From: an uncultured archaeon
GTDB lineage: Archaea; Iainarchaeota; Iainarchaeia; Iainarchaeales; CSSED10-239
Direction of reading: 5' to 3'
DNA length: 30,326 nucleotides
Assembly: GCA_964591795.1 (NCBI GenBank)
Contig: CAZQEL010000009.1
Location: forward strand, 1-30,326
Both the position numbers and the translations under genes were made by a program. The notes under the pieces are model-generated. The model worked only from the letters and a program-made list of their open reading frames with translations. It had not been told where the DNA came from and searched no databases. Of this stretch, positions 9,319-17,378 are shown one piece after another (position 1 is the first letter of the stretch; each line of letters begins with the position of its first letter).

Positions 9319-9744
9319 ATGGTTATTATAAAAAATAAAAAAATAAAAACAATTAAAATACAAAAAGATAGAAAAATAACTTTAATTAAAAATACTTCTA
9401 AAAATAAATTTATAGCTGCAAGTAAAAAAATTACAGAAATTAAACAAAATATTTTTAATAATTTAAAAAAAGGAAATCTTCTTAATGTTACTAAATTATA
9501 TATAGCACTTTTAAAAGCACAAAAAGCAACAAATACTTTAAACACAAAATTAAGCTTAATTAAAATACAAATGCATAATTTAGAAGTTAGTAAAAGAAAA
9601 AGAAAACTAATTGAAGAAGATAAAACCATTAATCCAAAACAAAAAGAATTATACTTAAGACTTACAAAAAAGCAAATTGATAAAAAAGAGTCAAAACTTA
9701 TAACAGAAATTATGAAAAAAATTGATATGCAATTAAAAAAATAA
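9319..9744 (+). CDS. Lysine-rich hypothetical protein (predicted coiled coil)
   Basis: ORF in a very A-rich region. I prefer the ATG at 9319, which is preceded by AAGGTGGTG, over the TTG at 9280. No recognisable domain. The opposite-strand ORF 9231-9629 is its Phe-rich mirror image. Confidence 0.45.
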   Translation: MVIIKNKKIKTIKIQKDRKITLIKNTSKNKFIAASKKITEIKQNIFNNLKKGNLLNVTKLYIALLKAQKATNTLNTKLSLIKIQMHNLEVSKRKRKLIEEDKTINPKQKELYLRLTKKQIDKKESKLITEIMKKIDMQLKK

Positions 9745-9756
9745 ACTTAGATTATT

Positions 9757-10077
9757 ATGAGCGATAAAATTAACCGAAAATTAATAGAATTAAAACTAAA
9801 AGAATTTATTAATAGATTTTCAAAAAAAAGACATATTGAAAAAGATATTACTAATTTTGTTTCATTAGTTAAAAAAATTCAAGAAAACCCAACTTTAAAA
9901 AACGACACCAATTTTAAAAAATTAATTGAAACAGGTCATAATAAAATAATGGATATTAAACAAAAAATAAAAGATATTAAAATAAAAGACATAATTACAA
10001 AGGAAAAAATAGACAAACTTGCTGCTGAAAGAAAAGCAAAATTAAAAAAATATTTTAATAAAAAAAGACCAAAATGA
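9757..10077 (+). CDS. Lysine-rich hypothetical protein
   Basis: 106-aa ORF 12 nt downstream of the previous one, with the same compositional style. No recognisable domain. Confidence 0.45.
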   Translation: MSDKINRKLIELKLKEFINRFSKKRHIEKDITNFVSLVKKIQENPTLKNDTNFKKLIETGHNKIMDIKQKIKDIKIKDIITKEKIDKLAAERKAKLKKYFNKKRPK

Positions 10078-10084
10078 CTTAATT

Positions 10085-11515
10085 TTAAACAATTCTTTCA
10101 ATAATATATTCTGGAGAAAATCTCTCTAAATCATTATATTCTTGACCTGTACCAATATAAAAGATAGGCTTTTTTAATTCATTCAAAATAGATATGGCAA
10201 CCCCACCTTTAGGATCAGTATCTATCTTAGTTAAAATAACACCTGTAATTCCTATTTCTTTTTCAAAGGTTTGAATTTGATCAACAATTGCTTGACCAGC
10301 TTGTGATTCACCAATATAAATTGTAACATGAGGTTTTACAACTCTTTTAATTTTTTGTAATTCCTGCATTAAATTAATATTTGTGTCTTGACGACCAGCA
10401 GTATCAATTAAAACAACATCCATTTTATTTGCTTTCGCAGATGCAACCGCATCAAATGAAACAGCAGCTGGATCTGAACCATATGTTTGTTTAACAATTT
10501 TCACACCAAGTCTTTTTGCATGAGTTTCAAGTTGATCAATACTTCCTGCTCTAAAAGTATCGGCAGATGCTAAAACAACTAATTTATTTTGAGATTTATA
10601 TAAATGAGCAAACTTTGCTATAGTAGTAGTTTTACCAGCACCATTAGGCCCAATTAATAAAATAATTAAAGGTTCATCTTTTTCTTTTTTAATATAATGA
10701 TCTAAATTACAATCAACATCAAGTTGTACAGTTAAAGATTCTTTTATTTTAAGTTTAATATCCTCTAAAAGATTTGATTTTGAAAAAGAAAAATTAACAA
10801 GTCTTTTTTTAAGATCCTCAATAATTGAAGTAGCAGAATCAATTGACACATCAGCCTCAAGAAGAGAAATTTCAAAATCATCTAAAAAATTTATAACTTC
10901 TTTTTCTGAAAGTTTTATTTTGGATGAAAATATACTTTTTATTGTTGTAAAAGCACTTTTTTTAACTTCTTCTTTTTTCTTTGATTGTAAATTATCATAT
11001 TCTTTAGAATAGGTTTTATTATTATCAATTATTTCTTTATTTAAAGGCAAAGTTTTTTTATCTATAAAAGTTTTTTTTAAAATAACATCCTTTGACTTAG
11101 ATAAAGGCAAAATTACTTTTTCTTTAGATATAGGTTCTTCTATAACTTCTTTTATATTTGGTTTTTCAACAGGTAACTTAGAAATTACAACTGGTTCTTT
11201 AACATCAATTATCTTTTCTTTAGGTATATCGTCTTCTCTAATAACTTCAGTTGGTTTTTCAATAACAATTTCTTTTTTTTCAATAGGAATTGTTTGTCCA
11301 ACATTAGTTGAATCTAGTTGTTGAGAAATAGTTTTTTCTAAAGGTACTTCTTTAACTAAAACTTCTTTTTCAATAGAATTAGAGTCTAAATCAGATTTAG
11401 ACAAAGAATTTTCATCAGAAGAAACTTCAGGAGCTTCTTCTTTTATTTTCTCTTGAGATTTACCAAGTATTTTATCAGTTAAATTTTTAAATTTTTTCTT
11501 TAAAAGACCAAACAT
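10085..11515 (-). CDS. ftsY: SRP receptor FtsY with long K/E/I/P-rich N-terminal A region
   Basis: C-terminal NG domain with GPNGAGKTTT, DTAGR and TKIDT. Start set at the ATG at 11515 (MFGLLKKK), which has GAGGT 8-9 nt upstream. The ORF-track start at 11530 is a TTG that contains that Shine-Dalgarno-like site. Confidence 0.9.
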   Translation of the reverse strand: MFGLLKKKFKNLTDKILGKSQEKIKEEAPEVSSDENSLSKSDLDSNSIEKEVLVKEVPLEKTISQQLDSTNVGQTIPIEKKEIVIEKPTEVIREDDIPKEKIIDVKEPVVISKLPVEKPNIKEVIEEPISKEKVILPLSKSKDVILKKTFIDKKTLPLNKEIIDNNKTYSKEYDNLQSKKKEEVKKSAFTTIKSIFSSKIKLSEKEVINFLDDFEISLLEADVSIDSATSIIEDLKKRLVNFSFSKSNLLEDIKLKIKESLTVQLDVDCNLDHYIKKEKDEPLIILLIGPNGAGKTTTIAKFAHLYKSQNKLVVLASADTFRAGSIDQLETHAKRLGVKIVKQTYGSDPAAVSFDAVASAKANKMDVVLIDTAGRQDTNINLMQELQKIKRVVKPHVTIYIGESQAGQAIVDQIQTFEKEIGITGVILTKIDTDPKGGVAISILNELKKPIFYIGTGQEYNDLERFSPEYIIERIV

Positions 11516-11547
11516 TTTAAAAAACCTCAAAAAGTAAAAAAAGAACC

Positions 11548-12015
11548 CTAGTTAACATTAACTTTATCGGATTCTTTTATATTTTGTTTACGCATCATTT
11601 CAAGTGCTTTTGAAATTTCTTGTAACATTTTAACATTATTATTATATCCTTTAGCTAATTTTTCTTTAACATCAGAAAGTTCTTTTTTTCTGTTTTCAAT
11701 ATCTAAAACTACTTGTGAAATATCTTTTGTAACCATAATAGTTCCAGGAAGAGAAATTTTAGCTTCTTTGGTGTTTGTAACTTGACATTCAACTAAAATA
11801 CCAGCACCAATATTTATAAGTAATTTTTCAGAAGTTTTTAATTTTTGTATTTCTTTAAGTGTATTTTCAGCTTTTGAAATTTCAATAAAAAGATTATTTA
11901 TTTCTTGTAATTTTTGCGAAATACTTTTAAGTTCTTTTTCTTTTGCTCTATAAAGTGAAATTGTTTGATCTTTATTAAGCTTAACAGTTTTTGTTTCTTT
12001 AATATTATTTGTCAT
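11548..12015 (-). CDS. pfdA: Prefoldin alpha subunit
   Basis: 155 aa, arranged coiled coil / beta hairpins (NIGAGILVECQV...ISLPGTIMV) / coiled coil. Sits in the conserved archaeal position between aIF6 and ftsY. Confidence 0.8.
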   Translation of the reverse strand: MTNNIKETKTVKLNKDQTISLYRAKEKELKSISQKLQEINNLFIEISKAENTLKEIQKLKTSEKLLINIGAGILVECQVTNTKEAKISLPGTIMVTKDISQVVLDIENRKKELSDVKEKLAKGYNNNVKMLQEISKALEMMRKQNIKESDKVNVN

Positions 12016-12030
12016 AAATATTTCACTCCT

Positions 12031-12711
12031 TTAAACTTTGCTTTCTTGCATAAGGACAATATCGTCAACTTTCATAAGTTCAATATTACTAGTGCTATCT
12101 CCAACAAGAACAGAATTTTTATTTGCAATAACATCATTACCTACAAATAAATCACCATAATTTAATGTTGTAGCAATTCCTTCTACTTTAAATTTTTGTT
12201 TAAAATAGTTAAAATCTTTTTCACTAACATTAGGATTTACCATAAATAAACTATCATTTACATATAAGCTACTACCTAATATATCCATTGAAAATAAAGT
12301 TTTACGTTCAACTTCAATATCAAAAAAAGAAGATATTTCACTTACAGTTTTGTTAGACAATAAAGCACTTGCAAAACCATAATTTGAATTAAAGGCAACT
12401 AAGTTACCTAAAGCATTATAATCTTCTTTAATTATCTTAACTTTAATTCCTTCTTTTTCAAAAATATCAAGTTCATTTTGTTTAATAGAATTTTTACAAA
12501 CCATTATTTTATCCTTATGTGCAAGAAGATAAACACCTATTAATGGAGAATCACTAACAGCCATTTTAATAATTTTAGTTTTAAGATATTTTTCTATAAT
12601 TACTTCTTCTTTTTTAAGAATATTATTAGGTACTAAACAAAAATTATCTGTACAAACAGCGTACACTCCTAAGTAAGGTATATTATTAATTTTTGCTTTT
12701 CCTAAATTCAT
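12031..12711 (-). CDS. eif6: Translation initiation factor 6 (aIF6)
   Basis: 226 aa with pentein-repeat style NIPYLGVYAVCTDNFCLVP, and repeated G(N/S)L/V...N motifs. Conserved neighbourhood with rpl31e. Confidence 0.85.
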   Translation of the reverse strand: MNLGKAKINNIPYLGVYAVCTDNFCLVPNNILKKEEVIIEKYLKTKIIKMAVSDSPLIGVYLLAHKDKIMVCKNSIKQNELDIFEKEGIKVKIIKEDYNALGNLVAFNSNYGFASALLSNKTVSEISSFFDIEVERKTLFSMDILGSSLYVNDSLFMVNPNVSEKDFNYFKQKFKVEGIATTLNYGDLFVGNDVIANKNSVLVGDSTSNIELMKVDDIVLMQESKV

Positions 12712-12722
12712 AAAAAAACCAT

Positions 12723-13238
12723 TTATTTTATTTTTTTCACAACTTCTTTTTTGTCAGAAGTTTTCTCTTCTTTAACAAATTCTTCTAAAACTGGTTTAGT
12801 TGAAACTTTTGGTGTTTCTTTTTTAGTTTCTACTTTTTTAGTTTTTTTAGTTTCTATCTTTGAAATACTATCTTTCTTTGAAGCTGTTGGATTTTGCATG
12901 TTATCTTTAAGATCCATTACTGTTTCTTTAATTGATTTTTTTGCTTTAACTTTTTTATCTTTATTTAAAAATTTAGCAATTTCAGCTGAGTCTTTTAAGA
13001 AAACATATACCTTATCTTTTTCAATTTTAATTGAGATAGGTATTTTTCTTGGAGGTTTTTGAATTCCTCTTTTCCATACAAATTCATTTACTTCTTTAGA
13101 TAAAACAATATCTTCTTTTCTCTTTCTTGTATGTTTCCATAAAAAATCAAATATTTCTTTAACAGCAACATTTGATCTTCTAGTTCTAGGCTTATCATAA
13201 GCTCTTTTTAATGGAACCATATAACTTTCTGCAGGCAT
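12723..13238 (-). CDS. rpl31e: Ribosomal protein L31e with K/E-rich C-terminal extension
   Basis: Core YMVPLKRAYDKPRTRRSNVAVKEI...VNEFVWKRGIQKPPRKIPISI matches L31e. About 80 extra lysine-rich residues follow. Confidence 0.85.
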   Translation of the reverse strand: MPAESYMVPLKRAYDKPRTRRSNVAVKEIFDFLWKHTRKRKEDIVLSKEVNEFVWKRGIQKPPRKIPISIKIEKDKVYVFLKDSAEIAKFLNKDKKVKAKKSIKETVMDLKDNMQNPTASKKDSISKIETKKTKKVETKKETPKVSTKPVLEEFVKEEKTSDKKEVVKKIK

Positions 13239-13245
13239 AATTTAT

Positions 13246-13566
13246 TCACTTTTTCTTCTTTATAAATTTTTTAGGTATAATAGTTGTATTTCTATTTCTA
13301 ACCTTTTTAGTTGGAGATTTTGAAGCTTTAGCTCTTTTTCCACTTTTAAAATAAGTCTTTGCTTTTGATTTTTCTTGATCTTCTTTTAATTGCTTATATT
13401 GAGCACCAAACTCAGTTTCTTTCCAATTTCTTTTTTGTCTTCTATTCCAGATTCTCTTACCTGCTTTTTGAATAATCCAAACAGGGGTATTCATATAACC
13501 TGGACCAACTTTTTTTCTTTGAGCTATTAAAAACTCTTTAAATTCTTGATCTTTATTTCTTGCCAT
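13246..13566 (-). CDS. rpl39e: Ribosomal protein L39e with K-rich C-terminal extension
   Basis: MARNK... and ...PVWIIQKAGKRIWNRRQKRNWK resemble the ~50-aa L39e core. Position between rps19e and rpl31e matches the conserved archaeal order. About 55 extra residues follow. Confidence 0.7.
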   Translation of the reverse strand: MARNKDQEFKEFLIAQRKKVGPGYMNTPVWIIQKAGKRIWNRRQKRNWKETEFGAQYKQLKEDQEKSKAKTYFKSGKRAKASKSPTKKVRNRNTTIIPKKFIKKKK

Positions 13567-13594
13567 AAATATTCAACCTCTAAAAGTAATATTA

Positions 13595-14095
13595 CTATTT
13601 ACTTTTTACCTCTTCTTTTTTTATTTCAAGTTTTGGTTTTTTTTCAAGAGGTTCTTTTTTTACAACTGGAACTTTTACCTTAGCTAAAACACTTGCATGT
13701 TTATCTAAATATTTTTGACCTTGTGGAGTTATTATTCTTCCTTTCTTATTATCAGAAATTTTAACAAAACCTAATTTTTCAAGATTCTGTAGACATACTC
13801 TAATTATCTTACCACCAGCTTTTCTAAAAATTTCAGGTCTTACACCTCTATTTTTACGTCCACCATAGTAGTTTCTTAAAGCATTTACATCTACATTTCC
13901 AGATATATATACTTTTCTTAAAATAGATGCCATTCTCACAAACCACCAGTCAACATTATCTGGAGATCTTTCTCTATGAGAGCCGGTTTTTACAAATGCG
14001 GCAAACTCTGGCATCTTGACACCCTTATTTTCTTTAAGATCCTTTGCGACCATATCGATAAGGGTATGTGGATTTACATCTTTAACACTTGTCAA
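13595..14095 (-). CDS. rps19e: Ribosomal protein S19e with K-rich C-terminal tail
   Basis: VKDVNPHTLIDMVAKDLKE, FVKTGSHRERSPDNVDWWFVRMASILRKVY, YGGRKNRGVRP, and GGKIIRVCLQNLEKLGFV. Confidence 0.9.
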   Translation of the reverse strand: MTSVKDVNPHTLIDMVAKDLKENKGVKMPEFAAFVKTGSHRERSPDNVDWWFVRMASILRKVYISGNVDVNALRNYYGGRKNRGVRPEIFRKAGGKIIRVCLQNLEKLGFVKISDNKKGRIITPQGQKYLDKHASVLAKVKVPVVKKEPLEKKPKLEIKKEEVKSK

Positions 14096-14266
14096 GAGTT
14101 ATCACCTCATGGTTATATCAAATATATTTTTAAAAATATATTCTCATGTTTTGCATCTTTTTTTGATATTTCAATTATAATATATTAAATAACTAAAAAA
14201 AGAATTATTTGTATATAATATAAGTAGAGTTCTATTTAAATAGGTTTCTTTAATGCTAAAAAAGAA

Positions 14267-14572
14267 CTATAAACTGATTTTTTTAATGAAATTACAAGAA
14301 AGACAATGTAATTTTAATTGTTTTTTAATTTTCCCATTAACAGTCAATCTTTCAGTTCTAATTTTGGTATTATCAGTAGTTCTTATTGAGAAACATTTTT
14401 TACAAACCTTTCTATGTATATCTTTAGAAATACGATAATTAATTTTTTTAGCTAAATCAAAGGCAATTTTAATATAATCATAGATATAAGGATTATTATT
14501 ATTTTTTTCAGAAATAGCAAAATCAACTAAAAAATTTATTTTTTTTATAATTTTTTTCTTTTCTTTAACCAT
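14267..14572 (-). CDS. rnp4: RNase P protein component 4 (Rpp21/Rnp4 zinc ribbon)
   Basis: N-terminal helical part IKIAFDLAKKINYRISKDIHRKVCKKC, then a second Cys pair LHCLSCN, giving a four-Cys zinc ribbon typical of Rpp21. Confidence 0.75.
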   Translation of the reverse strand: MVKEKKKIIKKINFLVDFAISEKNNNNPYIYDYIKIAFDLAKKINYRISKDIHRKVCKKCFSIRTTDNTKIRTERLTVNGKIKKQLKLHCLSCNFIKKISL

Positions 14573-14588
14573 AAATATTCAAGATAAG

Positions 14589-14660
14589 TGCACTCGCCGG
14601 GATTCGAACCCGAGCCGAAAGCTTGGCAAGCTCCCATACTAACCACTATACTACGAGTGC
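14589..14660 (-). tRNA. tRNA-Gly (anticodon GCC)
   Basis: The reverse complement folds as follows. Acceptor GCACTCG/CGAGTGC. Anticodon stem GGAGC/GCTTT with loop TTGCCAA. T arm TCGGG/CCCGG with loop TTCGAAT. Discriminator A. Confidence 0.9.
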
Positions 14661-14712
14661 TTTATATTATATATAATTAAAGAAGATAAATATTTATAAA
14701 TAGATTTGATTT

Positions 14713-16515
14713 TTATATATGTTTATCTTTATTTCTTGATAAAAAAATTATCAAAATTATTATTATAAATAATGAAATTATTATAATTCCAATAATACTA
14801 TTTTTATTATCATTTACAAATGACACTTTTCTATCTGATTTAATTTCACTCCATATGTCATTTTTTAGAGAACTATTTACATCAGCATTATTATCGATTA
14901 AATTATCAACAATATTCACATCAGATATATTTTTATCAACACGAACAACATCATTATAAATATAATAGTTTTCAGATAAAGTATAATCTCCAGTTAAATC
15001 TAACACAAATTTACTATTTTTAACAACATTAAATGATTTAATAAAATTATAAATTGATTGAGGTTCAATTTCAATATTTAAATCTTCTAAAATACCATTA
15101 TTATTAAAATTAAAATTTATTTTTTTAATGAGAGAAGTATAATTAATAATATCTATATTAAGATTTAAATTATTCACATCAAGATAAAAGAAAGGCTTTG
15201 TAATAAAAAAAGCTTCTTGAAAAAAACCTTGATCTTTATAGATAGATAATTTTCCTTTATAGTCTGACACTTGTGATATTAAACTAAAAGAATAATCTTT
15301 AAAATAATTTGCAGGAATATTAGTATTTTCTGATGAAATATAATAAGTAATTTCTTCTTCTTTAAATGGTTCTAAATAAATTATTCTATTTTTATAGGGA
15401 TAAATTAAATCAAAATCAGCATTAAGATTTAACATAAAAAGTGTAGTTATTGGTCTTGAAGTTGTATTTGTTATTTTTGCAGTTATAAAAAACGAACTTT
15501 TTTCTTTTATTTTATCAGGATAAACTAAATCAACAAAAATCGAATTTGAATAACCTAAATCAGAAAAACTTTTATGATCATTTATTTTAAAATCTGCTTT
15601 TTTTTCACCAAATCTAATAACTACATCTCCATAGGCAGTAATTTTATCTTTAATATCAGAAGGATCAACAATTCTTGAAATTAAAAGATGACTTGCATCA
15701 ACAAGACCTACCTCTCCAAAAGTAGGATCTACAGATACCCAACCCTGACTTGGAATAAAAACTTCTAACCAAGCATGAGGTTGCCATTCAACACTACTAT
15801 TAGCGTAACCTGTAACATATCTTGTTGGAAATCCTCTTTCTCTTAAAATAGATGCTGCTAATATTGAGAATTCAGAACACACACCCTTTTTTTCTTTAAG
15901 TATTTTAACTGCTTCAACAATTTTATCTGCATAAGTTAAATCATAATCAACATAATTATAAGTCCAATCAACAACGTTTGTAATTTCTCCTAACGCATAA
16001 TTTGTTTTTTTTAAAAAACGAGATGTAGAAATTATTTCACTTCTATCTGAATTAATATACCTGGTAGAAACTTTAAATTCAGGATAATCTAAAATTAAAT
16101 TATCTAAAGAAAATTTATCTTCAGAAAAAACTATTTTATTTTTTGAAATTATTCTTGCATCAATATGAAAAATATATTCTGGTAAAATAACCTTATTAAC
16201 ATCAAAAACTGCAAATTTATTTCCTAAAGAATCATCTTCAAAACTTGCAAATATTTTTTCAGATCCATTATAATAATAAGCTTTAAGATCAACAATTTGA
16301 GTTCTAGTATCAATAAAAACTGGAGTTTTTAAAGTAAAGGAACTACTGGCATTATATTTATCTAAATAAATTGGGATTTCTATTGCAACACTTACATCCA
16401 TATATTTTGTTTTAATTACATCAAAATTTAAAGATTGACTATTAGTATCATCTGCATAAACATGTGGAATTATAAATAACATTAATAAAATTAAAAATAT
16501 AACTGAATATTTCAT
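14713..16515 (-). CDS. Transglutaminase-like (cysteine protease fold) surface protein with signal peptide and C-terminal TM anchor
   Basis: Signal peptide MKYSVIFLILLMLFIIPHVYA. Catalytic core GVCSEFSILAASILRERGFPTRYVTGY...QPHAWLEVF...WVSVDPT (Cys-His-Asp). C-terminal IIGIIIISLFIIIILIIFL followed by basic residues. Confidence 0.85.
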   Translation of the reverse strand: MKYSVIFLILLMLFIIPHVYADDTNSQSLNFDVIKTKYMDVSVAIEIPIYLDKYNASSSFTLKTPVFIDTRTQIVDLKAYYYNGSEKIFASFEDDSLGNKFAVFDVNKVILPEYIFHIDARIISKNKIVFSEDKFSLDNLILDYPEFKVSTRYINSDRSEIISTSRFLKKTNYALGEITNVVDWTYNYVDYDLTYADKIVEAVKILKEKKGVCSEFSILAASILRERGFPTRYVTGYANSSVEWQPHAWLEVFIPSQGWVSVDPTFGEVGLVDASHLLISRIVDPSDIKDKITAYGDVVIRFGEKKADFKINDHKSFSDLGYSNSIFVDLVYPDKIKEKSSFFITAKITNTTSRPITTLFMLNLNADFDLIYPYKNRIIYLEPFKEEEITYYISSENTNIPANYFKDYSFSLISQVSDYKGKLSIYKDQGFFQEAFFITKPFFYLDVNNLNLNIDIINYTSLIKKINFNFNNNGILEDLNIEIEPQSIYNFIKSFNVVKNSKFVLDLTGDYTLSENYYIYNDVVRVDKNISDVNIVDNLIDNNADVNSSLKNDIWSEIKSDRKVSFVNDNKNSIIGIIIISLFIIIILIIFLSRNKDKHI

Positions 16516-16651
16516 AGGAAATTAATAAACCATAATGTTTATAAAATAATCAACAGAATATAAATTTTTATATAAATAATATTAATTATAGTATTTGTAT
16601 ACTCTTATTTTATTTATATTAAGAAACCTAAAAATTAGAAAAAATAAAAAG

Positions 16652-16724
16652 TGGTTCTGGGCGGAGTTGAACCGCCGATCTTCGCCTTGTAAGGGCGACA
16701 TCATAACCACTAGACCACAGAACC
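16652..16724 (-). tRNA. tRNA-Val (anticodon TAC)
   Basis: The reverse complement folds as follows. Acceptor GGTTCTG/CAGAACC. Anticodon stem TCGCC/GGCGA with loop CTTACAA. T arm GGCGG/CCGCC with loop TTCAACT. A T-run lies immediately 3' on the minus strand. Confidence 0.9.
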
Positions 16725-16911
16725 TTTTTTTTAAATTAATTTTTATTAATATAATTACTATAGAAAAGATATAAAAAGGTATTTTTTTTAATTAAAAATT
16801 AAAACAATTAATTTTAAAAATAGGAATTAAAAAAAAACAAAAGATTTAAATAAACAATAATATATAATATAAAATATTATAAGTTATATTTATAAAAAAG
16901 GGTGATATATA

Positions 16912-17349
16912 ATGACTAAAAATAATATATTGAAGATAATAGGTTCCTTTGTGTTCATATTTGGTATTTTCTTTTTACTATTATCTATAACAAATATATT
17001 TAACGATGTTGACTTTATTACACAATATGACAACTGTATTAATGTATCAAAATATGAACCTGGTGTCTTAGATATATGTAAACAAAATGTATCTGATGGA
17101 CTTGGAATAGCAATAAGATCTAATCAAGTAGAACTTAGTACAGGCCAATATCTTAAAATATATATAAGACAAATTATTAATGTTTTATTAGCAGTGTTCT
17201 TAATAATTCTTGGAGACTACATTTATGTTTCAAGTAGAAATAATAAACAAAGAAAACCAGAAACAAAAAAAGAAACAGCTACTAAAAACAAACCTTTAGC
17301 ATTAAAAGCAAAATCTAAAAAAAAAGCTAAAGCAAAAAGAAAGAAATAA
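16912..17349 (+). CDS. Small two-TM membrane protein with lysine-rich C-terminal tail
   Basis: GGGTGAT lies 7 nt upstream of the ATG. Two hydrophobic helices flank a Cys-containing loop. The tail is KKETATKNKPLALKAKSKKKAKAKRKK. Confidence 0.6.
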   Translation: MTKNNILKIIGSFVFIFGIFFLLLSITNIFNDVDFITQYDNCINVSKYEPGVLDICKQNVSDGLGIAIRSNQVELSTGQYLKIYIRQIINVLLAVFLIILGDYIYVSSRNNKQRKPETKKETATKNKPLALKAKSKKKAKAKRKK

Positions 17350-17378
17350 TTTTTCTTTCTCTTTTCTATTTTTTTTAA

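Noticed and set aside
9231-9629. 132-aa Phe/Leu/Ile-rich minus-strand ORF
   Set aside because: It is the mirror image of the A-rich plus-strand lysine-rich ORF. The plus frame has a Shine-Dalgarno-like AAGGTGGTG before its ATG and a tandem partner. Neither call is strong.
11965-14438. Plus-strand ORFs 11965-12150, 12751-13062, 13976-14188 and 14253-14438
   Set aside because: All lie antisense to pfdA/eif6, rpl31e, rps19e and rnp4 respectively, which have clear family motifs.
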